Below the pieces are notes generated by a model, which had not been told where the DNA came from, did no database searches, and was given only the letters and a program-made list of their open reading frames with translations. From assembly GCA_023258935.1 (NCBI GenBank), contig JAHFRG010000003.1:1-33232 (forward strand): DNA of 33,232 nucleotides, written 5' to 3'. Positions within the stretch are counted from its first letter, which is position 1, and each line of letters starts with the position of its first letter. Of the stretch, positions 16,696 through 25,153 are shown one piece after another. The stretch is from Betaproteobacteria bacterium (GTDB lineage Bacteria > Pseudomonadota > Gammaproteobacteria > Burkholderiales > JAHFRG01). A program made the position numbers and the translations under genes.

Positions 16696-16811
16696 CAGCC
16701 TCCGTGTCAACAATTGTAAGGCCCGCATTGGGGGACGGCGCTGTAACTGAAAGCTTGAGCGCTGACGAAGAGCGGGCGGCATAAAAAATTGTAAATTGTT
16801 TGCAAAAAGTA

Positions 16812-16840
16812 TTGACAAACGAAACGAATGGGAAAATACT
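16812..16840 (+). promoter_or_regulatory. candidate sigma70 promoter for mgtA (TTGACA - 17 bp - AATACT)
   Basis: Perfect -35 TTGACA at 16812-16817. AATACT at 16835-16840 matches the -10 consensus at 4/6 positions. Confidence 0.4.
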
Positions 16841-17151
16841 TCGCGCAATTCATTGCATAGAGATTAATTTATGGGTAGTTGCCCCAGTCCAACCAAGAAA
16901 TGTCGGCGAGGCTGAACGCAGGTACTATCCAGCTCTATACCCCCTGCCACTGTCTCGCCTGCCCGGACGAGGCAGTGCGCTCCTAGTGAAGTTCATGCCG
17001 TGCTCCACACGGCTCTCCAACTTAAGCGCGCTATTTAACGAACTCGAAGTCGTCTGATTGGCGGCTACACGGCCCAACGTCGGACGTTCATTGTGTTCGA
17101 CTGTGCACGACCGTTGAATGGTGTAATTACAAATGGCGGAAAGCAATCACA
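16841..17151 (+). promoter_or_regulatory. long (~300 nt) structured mgtA leader; candidate Mg2+-responsive attenuator or riboswitch
   Basis: There is no credible protein gene in 456 bp upstream of mgtA. Mutually exclusive pairings exist: GGCGAG 16905-16910 with CTCGCC 16954-16959, versus CTGC/CTCG 16944-16957 with CGAGGCAG 16968-16975. Hairpin GCCGTG/CACGGC at 16997-17013; stem GTCGGAC/GTTCGAC at 17079-17101. The segment UGUCGGCGAGGCU resembles the conserved UAGGUGAGGCU of the M-box (ykoK), but I could not fit the full M-box fold. Confidence 0.4.
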
Positions 17152-19911
17152 ATGAAATCAGAACTGACAAAAGATAACTGGCTTAAGCGGCTCTTTCTGT
17201 CAAACGGGGGAAAGGCACGTGTTGCAATCCTGGAAATCTTCGAGAGCAAATCTGCCAAGACTGATGTAACCGCGGTCAGCCATCCGAAAAACCAGCTTAT
17301 TGAGGCGGCGCGCAATGACATCGTCACCGTTCTCAACTCAGTGCATTCATCTCCGAACGGTTTGAATGAGGATGAGGCACAATCGCGGCTCAAAGAACAT
17401 GGGTTAAATGAAGTGGCACACGAACTGCCGGTAACCTGGTACTGGCAAATCTGGCACGCGTACAACAATCCGTTCAATCTGTTGCTTACAGGGCTTGCAG
17501 CAGTTTCGTTTGTAACGGAAGACATCAAAGCCACTATGATTCTTTCAGTAATGGTGATCTTAAGCTCCTTGCTACGTTTTGTTCAGGAGTACCGGTCAAG
17601 CAAGGCAGCTGAAAAACTAAAGGCTATGGTGAGCACGACAGCTACCGTGCGGCGTACTCATGAAACGCAAACGGATACCGAAAGCCCGGCACCGGCACTT
17701 ATCCCTACTTATTCTCGCAGTGTTGAAACACAGGAGATATCTCTTAAATATCTGGTACCCGGCGATATCGTTCATCTGTCTGCCGGTGACATGATACCGG
17801 CAGACGTTCGGCTGCTATCAGCGAAGGATTTGTTCATCAGCCAGGCAGCGCTTACCGGCGAGTCGTTCCCGGTCGAAAAGAATGCCGATGCCGTTGTGAG
17901 TGAAATAAGAAACCCACTCGATCTGCCCAACATCTGCTTTATGGGCTCCAACGTGGTGAGCGGCGCCGCCACCGCCGTTGTCATTACCACGGGAGGTTGG
18001 ACTTATTTTGGTGGCCTCTCACAGCGGATCGTTGGCCATCGCGTGCCCACCGAGTTTGATAAAGGCATACATCGAGTCAGCTGGTTGCTGATTCGGTTTA
18101 TGGCAGTAATAGCGGCCCTGGTGTTTCTGATCAACGGCATCACCAAGGGAAACTGGACTGAAGCGTCGCTTTTTGCGATCGCCATCGCGGTCGGGCTTAC
18201 ACCGGAAATGCTTCCGATGATTATCACCGCCACGCTCGCCAAAGGTGCAGTGATGATGTCTCGCCGAAAGGTAATTGTAAAGCGCCTCAATTCGATTCAA
18301 AACTTTGGCGCAATGGACATCCTATGCGCAGACAAGACCGGAACGCTGACCCAGGACAAAATCATTCTGGAGAAGTACGTAAATCTAGACGGGGATGAAT
18401 ACGAGGAAGTCCTGCGGCATGCTTTCCTCAACAGCCATTATCAGACCGGCCTGAAAAGTTTGTTGGACAAAGCGGTCCTCAAGCATGCTGACATCGCCGA
18501 TGTGCTGAAGGTTGCGACCAACTATCGCCTCGTGGACGAAATTCCCTTCGATTTCGTGCGTCGTCGCATGTCGGTGGTTGTCAATGAGCGGGAGGACCAC
18601 AACGAACTCATCTGTAAAGGCGCGGTCGAGGAAATTCTTAAAGTAAGCAGCCAAGCCAAGGTGGACGGGCAGGTGGTTTCCTTGAACGATGAATTAAAAA
18701 CCAAAGCTGTGAATCTCGTCAAAGAATTTAATGAAGATGGTCTGCGTATTATCGCAGTTGCCTATAAGGAGACGCCTCCGAATCAGAAGAGTTACGGCGT
18801 CAAAGACGAGTCTGATTTGACACTAATTGGATTTGTTGCGTTTCTCGATCCTCCCAAGGAAACCGCAGGGCCGGCAATTACTGCGCTGAATCAAAATGGG
18901 GTCCGGGTCAAAATCCTGACCGGAGATAATGACGTTGTAACTTGCAAAATATGCCGTGATGTGGGCATTGACACGACCCATGTTGTCCTTGGAAGCGAGA
19001 TTGACGATTTGAGCGATTTCGAGCTGGGAGAGTTGGCGGAGAAGGTGGCGATATTTGCCAAGCTGTCCCCGGCTCAAAAAGAGCGGATTGTCAGGGTCTT
19101 GCAGCTCAAGGGCCACGTGGTGGGTTTCCTGGGGGATGGCTTCAATGATTCCGCTGCGCTGCGCACCGCGGATATCGGCATTTCAGTTGACACCGCAGTG
19201 GACATCGCAAAGGAATCCGCGGACATAATTTTGCTGGAAAAGAACCTGTTGGTGCTTGAGGAAGGCGTGCTGGAGGGGCGGAAAACCTTCGGCAACATCG
19301 TGAAATACATCAAGATGGCGGCAAGCTCAAACTTCGGAAATATGTTCAGTGTGCTTGGCGCAAGCGTATTTCTGCCCTTCCTTCCCATGATGCCGATCCA
19401 GCTGTTGATACAGAATCTGCTCTATGACATTTCGCAAATAGCCATACCATTTGACGGGATGGACAAGGAATATTCGGAGAAGCCTCGCAAATGGGAAATA
19501 GGCGCCATCGGACGTTTTATGTTTTTTATCGGCCCGATCAGTTCAATTTTTGACTATGCAACTTTTGCTGTGATGTGGTTCGTATTTGCAGCCAACACGA
19601 TTGGGGTGCAATCCCTCTTTCAATCCGGTTGGTTTATTGAAGGTTTGTTGTCGCAGACCCTGATCGTGCACATCATACGCACCGGCAAGATTCCATTCAT
19701 ACAAAGCCGGGCAACGTTGCCGCTTTTGCTCATGACCATAAGTGTGATGGCAGTCGGGATCTATATCCCGTTTTCTCCCATCGCACATGTTGTGGGCCTG
19801 CAGCCTTTGCCCGGCATTTATTTTGTCTGGCTTGCGGGAATACTTCTTGGTTACACTGTTCTGACACAGTTCGTCAAGCTTTGGTTTATACGCAAGTACG
19901 GCTTTAACTAA
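17152..19911 (+). CDS. mgtA: magnesium-translocating P-type ATPase MgtA/MgtB
   Basis: 919 aa. TGES-type actuator motif (LTGESFPVEK), phosphorylation site CADKTGTLTQ, hinge GDGFNDSAAL, ~10 TM segments, and overall MgtA-like sequence (NPFNLLLT, EYRSSKAAEKLKAMV). Confidence 0.95.
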   Translation: MKSELTKDNWLKRLFLSNGGKARVAILEIFESKSAKTDVTAVSHPKNQLIEAARNDIVTVLNSVHSSPNGLNEDEAQSRLKEHGLNEVAHELPVTWYWQIWHAYNNPFNLLLTGLAAVSFVTEDIKATMILSVMVILSSLLRFVQEYRSSKAAEKLKAMVSTTATVRRTHETQTDTESPAPALIPTYSRSVETQEISLKYLVPGDIVHLSAGDMIPADVRLLSAKDLFISQAALTGESFPVEKNADAVVSEIRNPLDLPNICFMGSNVVSGAATAVVITTGGWTYFGGLSQRIVGHRVPTEFDKGIHRVSWLLIRFMAVIAALVFLINGITKGNWTEASLFAIAIAVGLTPEMLPMIITATLAKGAVMMSRRKVIVKRLNSIQNFGAMDILCADKTGTLTQDKIILEKYVNLDGDEYEEVLRHAFLNSHYQTGLKSLLDKAVLKHADIADVLKVATNYRLVDEIPFDFVRRRMSVVVNEREDHNELICKGAVEEILKVSSQAKVDGQVVSLNDELKTKAVNLVKEFNEDGLRIIAVAYKETPPNQKSYGVKDESDLTLIGFVAFLDPPKETAGPAITALNQNGVRVKILTGDNDVVTCKICRDVGIDTTHVVLGSEIDDLSDFELGELAEKVAIFAKLSPAQKERIVRVLQLKGHVVGFLGDGFNDSAALRTADIGISVDTAVDIAKESADIILLEKNLLVLEEGVLEGRKTFGNIVKYIKMAASSNFGNMFSVLGASVFLPFLPMMPIQLLIQNLLYDISQIAIPFDGMDKEYSEKPRKWEIGAIGRFMFFIGPISSIFDYATFAVMWFVFAANTIGVQSLFQSGWFIEGLLSQTLIVHIIRTGKIPFIQSRATLPLLLMTISVMAVGIYIPFSPIAHVVGLQPLPGIYFVWLAGILLGYTVLTQFVKLWFIRKYGFN

Positions 19912-19933
19912 GGAACCTCTGATACAGTGCGTC

Positions 19934-20605
19934 ATGAATATTCTTGCGCTCGACACCTCTGGCGATTATTGCTCGCTGGCTTTATGGCTCAATGGCAAAG
20001 TCATGTCGCGCGAGGAGTTGGTTGAGCAAAATCATTCCCAAGTGTTGCTGCCGCTGCTGGATGTATTCCTGCACGAGAACCGCGTTTCGCTGGACGAACT
20101 TCACGGCATCGCTTTTGGCGCGGGGCCGGGTTCCTTTACCGGATTGCGCATCGCGTGCGGGGTAGCGCAGGGACTGGCGTTTGCCGCAGGATTGCCGGTC
20201 GCGGGAATTTGCACTTTGGAAGCGCTGGCGGAAGCCATGCCGGGCGAGCAGGTCATTGCTTCTCTGGACGCGCGCATGGGCGAGATTTATCATGCCGCAT
20301 ATAAAAGGAACGGTGACCGCTGGCAGCAGGTGAGCGAACCCGCTTTGTGCCGGCCACAGCAGGCTCCACAGGTTGCAGGTGCTGGCTGGATTGGCTGCGG
20401 TAATGGTTTTGCCGTCCATGCAGGGGAATTGCGGCAGCGCTATCAAGGGCAGCTCAGTGAAGTGGTGGCGGATGCCGTTCCCCACGCCAGGGAAATGGCG
20501 CGTCTTGCAGTTGCAGTGTTGGAACGGGGGGAAGGATGCAAAGCCGAAGCTGCAGCCCCGTTTTATCTGCGTAACAAGGTGGCGTTGAAGACATTCGAGC
20601 GATGA
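19934..20605 (+). CDS. tsaB: tRNA t6A37 biosynthesis protein TsaB
   Basis: MNILALDTSGDYCSLAL and GPGSFTGLRIACGVAQGLA motifs; followed by rimI as in many bacteria. Confidence 0.9.
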   Translation: MNILALDTSGDYCSLALWLNGKVMSREELVEQNHSQVLLPLLDVFLHENRVSLDELHGIAFGAGPGSFTGLRIACGVAQGLAFAAGLPVAGICTLEALAEAMPGEQVIASLDARMGEIYHAAYKRNGDRWQQVSEPALCRPQQAPQVAGAGWIGCGNGFAVHAGELRQRYQGQLSEVVADAVPHAREMARLAVAVLERGEGCKAEAAAPFYLRNKVALKTFER

Positions 20606-21063
20606 GCGCGCAATTGGAGCTGAACCCGCTGCTGCGGCCGATGCATACGGCCGATCTTGACGCGGTGATACGCATCGAGCGCAAGATTTATTTGCATCCC
20701 TGGACGCGCGGCAATTTTCGGGATTCGTTGAATGCCGGCTATAGTTGCTGGATCTACCAGTTTGCGCAAAGCATCATCGGCTACGCGGTGATGATGGTTG
20801 CCGCGGATGAAGCGCACCTGCTGAATCTCAGCATTGCGTCGAAGTGGCAGCGCCAGGGGTGGGGCAAGAAACTGCTGCAGCAAGTGTTAGACCTGGCGCG
20901 CCAGCATCGCGCCCGGGTAATGCTTCTTGAAGTCCGTCCCTCCAATGTTGCGGCACTTGGGCTGTACCAGGGCTTTGGCTTCAAACGGATTGCGCTGCGC
21001 CAAGGATATTATCCTGCGGGCCCGGTCCGCGAGGATGCAATATTACTGGAGATGCGGCTGTGA
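20602..21063 (+). CDS. rimI: ribosomal-protein-alanine N-acetyltransferase RimI (GNAT)
   Basis: GNAT acetyl-CoA motif QRQGWGKKLL, 153 aa. ATGA overlap with the tsaB stop. Confidence 0.85.
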   Translation: MSAQLELNPLLRPMHTADLDAVIRIERKIYLHPWTRGNFRDSLNAGYSCWIYQFAQSIIGYAVMMVAADEAHLLNLSIASKWQRQGWGKKLLQQVLDLARQHRARVMLLEVRPSNVAALGLYQGFGFKRIALRQGYYPAGPVREDAILLEMRL

Positions 21064-21737
21064 GCGGACGGCGCGAGGAAATTCTCAAAGAGCTGGGCCT
21101 GTGGCCGCAGTGGCGGCTCAAGAGCAGCAATAGCCACGACACACCCTCAGTGATAACCGATGATCGGCGTAACCGCATCCTGCGCATGGATTGGCAGGAG
21201 CTCAAAACCAGCGTGGCCGCATGCAAGGCCTGCCCATTGCACGAGAAGCGCTCGCAAGCGGTTTTCGGTGTCGGCGACGAGAATGCAGACTGGCTGTTTA
21301 TCGGTGAGGGGCCGGGTGCGGAAGAAGACGCGAAGGGAGAGCCTTTTGTCGGTCAGGCAGGCAAACTGCTTGACAGCATGCTGGCAGCGGTAGGGCTGAA
21401 GCGCGGCGAGAATGTCTATATCGCAAACGTGGTGAAATGCCGTCCGCCGGGAAACCGCAATCCCGAACCGCAGGAAGCGCAACAATGCGAGCCCTATCTT
21501 GAGCAGCAGATTGCCTTGATTCAACCCAAGCTGATAGTCGCGCTGGGCAAGATTGCGGTGCAGAACCTGCTCAAAGCGGACGCCACCATCGCCAGCCTGC
21601 GCGGGCGGCTGCATGATTACCGGGGCATTCCGCTCATCGTGACCTACCATCCGGCATATCTGCTGCGCAATCTTCCTGACAAGGCCAAAGCCTGGGCGGA
21701 TTTATGCTTCGCCAGAAAGACCATGCGGGAGTTGTAA
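21060..21737 (+). CDS. uracil-DNA glycosylase, family 4
   Basis: GEGPGAEED motif A, Cys residues for a 4Fe-4S cluster (CKACPL...C), C-terminal YHPAYLLRN motif. GTGA overlap with the rimI stop. Confidence 0.85.
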   Translation: MSGRREEILKELGLWPQWRLKSSNSHDTPSVITDDRRNRILRMDWQELKTSVAACKACPLHEKRSQAVFGVGDENADWLFIGEGPGAEEDAKGEPFVGQAGKLLDSMLAAVGLKRGENVYIANVVKCRPPGNRNPEPQEAQQCEPYLEQQIALIQPKLIVALGKIAVQNLLKADATIASLRGRLHDYRGIPLIVTYHPAYLLRNLPDKAKAWADLCFARKTMREL

Positions 21738-21793
21738 TCGCGAATTTCGCCCCCACGTGAGGACACAAACCAATACCTGAACAGGAGAACCCC

Positions 21794-22396
21794 ATGCATA
21801 GAATATTGGCTTACCCGTTATTGCTGTTGGCCGCTTTAACCCTTGGCGGATGCGGTTACAATACCTTGCAATCCACCGATGAACAAATCAAAGCGAGCTG
21901 GGCGGAAGTGCTCAACCAGTACCAGCGCCGCTCCGATTTGGTACCGAATCTGGTGAATACCGTGAAAGGATTCGCGCAGCAGGAAAAAGACGTGCTGCTG
22001 GGCGTGACCAACGCCCGCTCCAAGGTTGGGGCGATCCAGGCCACCCCTGAACTGATTAACGATCCGCAAGCGTTTGCCAAATTCCAGCAGGCACAAGGCG
22101 AGTTGACTTCCGCTTTGTCGCGTCTTTTAGTAGTGGCGGAAAATTACCCGCAACTCAAGTCCGACGCCAATTTCCGCGATTTGCAGGCGCAGCTCGAAGG
22201 CACGGAAAACCGCATCACGGTGGCGCGCAACCGCTACATCAAGGCGGTGCAGGAATACAATGTCACAGTGCGCTCCTTCCCCAGCAATCTTACGGCGATG
22301 CTGTTCGGTTTTCAGGTGAAGCCCAGTTTCACTGTGGAAAACGAAAAGGAAATCGCCAAGCCGCCTAAAGTGGATTTTTCACCGGCCAATAAATAA
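21794..22396 (+). CDS. lemA: LemA family (lipo)protein
   Basis: 200 aa. The N-terminus LLLLAALTLGGC contains a lipobox-like LGGC (Cys20). The body (WAEVLNQYQRRSDLVPNLV...ENRITVARNRYI...YN) is typical LemA. GGAG lies 7 nt upstream of the ATG. Confidence 0.85.
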   Translation: MHRILAYPLLLLAALTLGGCGYNTLQSTDEQIKASWAEVLNQYQRRSDLVPNLVNTVKGFAQQEKDVLLGVTNARSKVGAIQATPELINDPQAFAKFQQAQGELTSALSRLLVVAENYPQLKSDANFRDLQAQLEGTENRITVARNRYIKAVQEYNVTVRSFPSNLTAMLFGFQVKPSFTVENEKEIAKPPKVDFSPANK

Positions 22397-23260
22397 ATGA
22401 TCAGGGCTTGGGCGCAAGCCTTATTGCTGCTGGCTCTCGGCCTTGGCATTGCCCAGGCCGAGGTCGCTGTCCCTCCGCTCAAAGCGCGGGTTACCGATTT
22501 AACCGCCACCTTAAGCCGCGAACAGCAAGCGCGTCTGGAACAGGAGCTGCAGAATTTTGAGGCGAAAAAAGGCAGCCAGCTCGCGGTTCTCATCGTGCCC
22601 ACTACGCAGCCTGAAACCATCGAGCAATACGGCATCCGCGTCGTCGATTCCTGGAAGCTCGGCCGCAAGGGGGTAGATGATGGGGCGCTGCTGTTGATTG
22701 CCAAGAATGACCGCAGCTTGCGCATCGAGGTGGGTTATGGCCTGGAAGGCGCGCTTAATGACGCCACCGCGAAGCGCATCGTGAGTGACATCATCGTTCC
22801 GCGTTTCAAGGCGGGCGATTTTTACGGCGGCATCGAAGCAGGCATACAGAGCATGATAAAGGTGATCGAAGGCGAACCCTTGCCTCCGCCCAGGCGCTCC
22901 ACATCGTCCTCGTCAAGTTTCAAGAATATTGAATCGCTGTTATTTATCGGATTCGTGCTGGTCATGATAGTGGGCGGAATACTGCGCGCCGTGTTCGGGC
23001 GTTTTACCGCAGCAACCATAATTGGAACAATCGCGGGTTTGCTGGCATGGCTAATTATCGCGCCCTTGATTGTGGCGATAATCATCGGTGCAATTGGCTT
23101 CCTGTTTACTCTGCTGGGCGGCAGCAGGGGCTGGTACGGCGGGCCTGGCGGTTACAGCAGCGGCGGTTTCGGAGGTGGAGGTTTTAGCGGGGGTGGCGGC
23201 GGTTTTAGCGGAGGAGGCGGCGGCGGCTTTGGTGGCGGCGGCGCCTCAGGAAGCTGGTGA
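22397..23260 (+). CDS. TPM-domain membrane protein (YgcG-like) with a glycine-rich C-terminal tail
   Basis: Signal peptide ...GIAQA-EV; TPM/phosphatase-like domain (VTDLTATLS...LAVLIVPT...RIEVGYGLEG); Pro/Ser linker; two hydrophobic segments; then a 45-aa Gly/Phe/Ser tail. The ATG directly abuts the lemA TAA. Confidence 0.8.
   Translation: MIRAWAQALLLLALGLGIAQAEVAVPPLKARVTDLTATLSREQQARLEQELQNFEAKKGSQLAVLIVPTTQPETIEQYGIRVVDSWKLGRKGVDDGALLLIAKNDRSLRIEVGYGLEGALNDATAKRIVSDIIVPRFKAGDFYGGIEAGIQSMIKVIEGEPLPPPRRSTSSSSSFKNIESLLFIGFVLVMIVGGILRAVFGRFTAATIIGTIAGLLAWLIIAPLIVAIIIGAIGFLFTLLGGSRGWYGGPGGYSSGGFGGGGFSGGGGGFSGGGGGGFGGGGASGSW
23123..23257 (+). repeat. low-complexity coding repeat (GGN-rich; encodes GGFGGGGFSGGGGGFSGGGGGGFGGGG)
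   Basis: Imperfect tandem units such as GGCGGTTTTAGCGG recur within 23160-23250 and encode the last 45 residues of the TPM protein. Confidence 0.8.
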
Positions 23261-23754
23261 TGGTGAATCTAAAGCGCATATTCAAACATCTTGTTACCGG
23301 CCACTTGGCTGTGCTGCGCGTTTTGCCTCCGCGCGCCATGCGCGCGATTGAACATACGGTTCGCCAAAGTGAAGCTGCTCATGGGGGGCAAATCCGCTTC
23401 GCTGTCGAGCCCGCCTTGGATATCGCTGCATTACTGCGCGGACAGAGCGCACGCCAACGCGCCATTGAAGTATTCTCGCAGTTAAAAGTGTGGGATACCG
23501 AACACAATAACGGCGTACTGATTTATCTTTTGCTTGCCGACCGCGATGTGGAAATCGTTGCCGACCGCGGCATACACGCGAGACTCGGAAATGCGGACTG
23601 GGAAACCATCTGCCGTGAAATGGAACAAGCTTTCCGGCAAGAACGATTTGAAGAGGGAGTCATCGCAGGAATCAAGGCTGTAGGAAGTCATATGCAGCGG
23701 CATTACCCTTTGCGGCAGTCCAACGAGCTGCCTGATAAACCAATCGTGCTTTAG
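23260..23754 (+). CDS. TPM-domain protein (second, no signal peptide)
   Basis: ~164 aa with IRFAVEP...NNGVLIYLLLADRDVEIVADRGI...W, typical of the small TPM partner that follows lemA/ygcG-like genes. ATG 23260 overlaps the upstream TGA (TGATG); GTG 23257 is an alternative start. Confidence 0.75.
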   Translation: MVNLKRIFKHLVTGHLAVLRVLPPRAMRAIEHTVRQSEAAHGGQIRFAVEPALDIAALLRGQSARQRAIEVFSQLKVWDTEHNNGVLIYLLLADRDVEIVADRGIHARLGNADWETICREMEQAFRQERFEEGVIAGIKAVGSHMQRHYPLRQSNELPDKPIVL

Positions 23755-24983
23755 GTGTCAACTTTATCCTGTGCGTGTCTGCGGTAAAGATAGGCCATTA
23801 CTACGCAGATGAACAAACCGAAAATAATTATCACCGTAAAAACCGAGATACCCAGTTTGACCAATACCGCATAAACACCCAGCATGGCAAGGATGCTCAA
23901 GTTCTCGTTGAAGTTCTGCACCGCTATCGAGTGACCTGCGCCCATCAATAAATGTCCGCGGTGTTGCAGCAGCGCGTTCATCGGCACAATGAAGAAACCT
24001 GAAAACGCGCCGATGATGAGGAGCAGAGCGATGGCAAGGCGCAGGTCGCTGATAAAAACCATCAGCATCAGGCTTAAACCCATGGCGATGCCGACGGGAA
24101 GGATGCGCACCGATTTTTCCAACTTCACAAACTTCGCGGCTATCACTGAACCGATGGCGATGCCGAGCGCAGCCACAGCGGTAAGCTGCGTTGCTTTCTC
24201 CAGTCCAAATTGAAGCGCCACTGCCGCCCAGGCGAGAATGATGAGCCGCAGCGTCGCGCCCACGCCCCAGAACAGAGTGGTGACTGCCAGCGATACCTGG
24301 CCGAGCGGATCGCGCCACAACAGCTTAAAGCAGTGCCAAAAATCGTGCAGAATGTAAAACACATTTTTTTTCGGCAGCTTGTGGTCGAGAGCCACTTTTG
24401 GAATATAGAGGTTAAATACTGCAGCAATGACATACAGACCGAGAATAACCGAAATAGCGAATTCGGGCGGCGTGTCAATTCCGCTTTCAATACCGGGTAT
24501 ATCGAACAATTCCAGATAGTAGTTTGCGAGTAGCGGGTTTACCAGAAGGCTGCCCAAGATAGCGCCCAAAATAATTGCTGCGACGGTAAGGCCCTCCATC
24601 CAGCCGTTCGCCAGCACCAATTTTTGCGGAGGCAGGTATTCGGTGAGAATGCCGTATTTGGCAGGTGAATACATTGCTGCGCCGATGCCGACTATGCCGT
24701 ATGCGTAAAAAGGGTGCATCCCAATCAGCATCGCGAGGCAACCCGCGGATTTCACCGCGTTGCTGACGAACATCACTTTACCCTTGGGCAGGGAGTCGGC
24801 GAAGGGCCCGACAAAGGGAGCGAGCGCGATGTAAGAAAATACGAAGAACTGATTCAATACCGGCTGTTGCCAGCTTGGTGCATCCAGTTGCATAAGCAGG
24901 GCAATTGCCGCAAACAGCAGCGCATTATCGGCAAGAGCGGAAAAAAATTGCGCCGCAAGAATGATGTAAAAGCCGCGCTTCAT
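23751..24983 (-). CDS. lplT: lysophospholipid transporter LplT (MFS)
   Basis: 410 aa, 12-TM MFS. The N-terminus MKRGFYIILAAQFFSALADNALLFAAIALL is characteristic of LplT. AGAGG SD upstream. Confidence 0.8.
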   Translation of the reverse strand: MKRGFYIILAAQFFSALADNALLFAAIALLMQLDAPSWQQPVLNQFFVFSYIALAPFVGPFADSLPKGKVMFVSNAVKSAGCLAMLIGMHPFYAYGIVGIGAAMYSPAKYGILTEYLPPQKLVLANGWMEGLTVAAIILGAILGSLLVNPLLANYYLELFDIPGIESGIDTPPEFAISVILGLYVIAAVFNLYIPKVALDHKLPKKNVFYILHDFWHCFKLLWRDPLGQVSLAVTTLFWGVGATLRLIILAWAAVALQFGLEKATQLTAVAALGIAIGSVIAAKFVKLEKSVRILPVGIAMGLSLMLMVFISDLRLAIALLLIIGAFSGFFIVPMNALLQHRGHLLMGAGHSIAVQNFNENLSILAMLGVYAVLVKLGISVFTVIIIFGLFICVVMAYLYRRHAQDKVDT

Positions 24984-25153
24984 CCTCTGGAAGGGGTTAT
25001 ATGAATGTAATTTTTATGTTAGCAGGTAAATTTTGGCAGCTTTATACCATGAAACTGCGAGTACCGCCATGTATTTACCGTTAGCTCTACCCGAAGCGGT
25101 CGATTTATGTTTGAATAGCACGCTGTTCTCCGCCCATCAAAATAGAACCTATA

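Noticed and set aside
16897-16990. Calling the mgtA leader a bona fide M-box riboswitch
   Set aside because: Only short segments resemble the M-box core (GGCGAGGCU, UGCGCUCC). I could not reconstruct the P1/P2 helices, and the matching span (~90 nt) is much shorter than a full M-box. It is reported only as a hypothesis to test with a covariance model.
16800-17057. 85-aa ORF (TTG start) covering the mgtA leader, with a Pro-rich stretch
   Set aside because: It starts upstream of the best promoter candidate, has no SD and no recognisable fold. The region is better explained as an untranslated regulatory leader.
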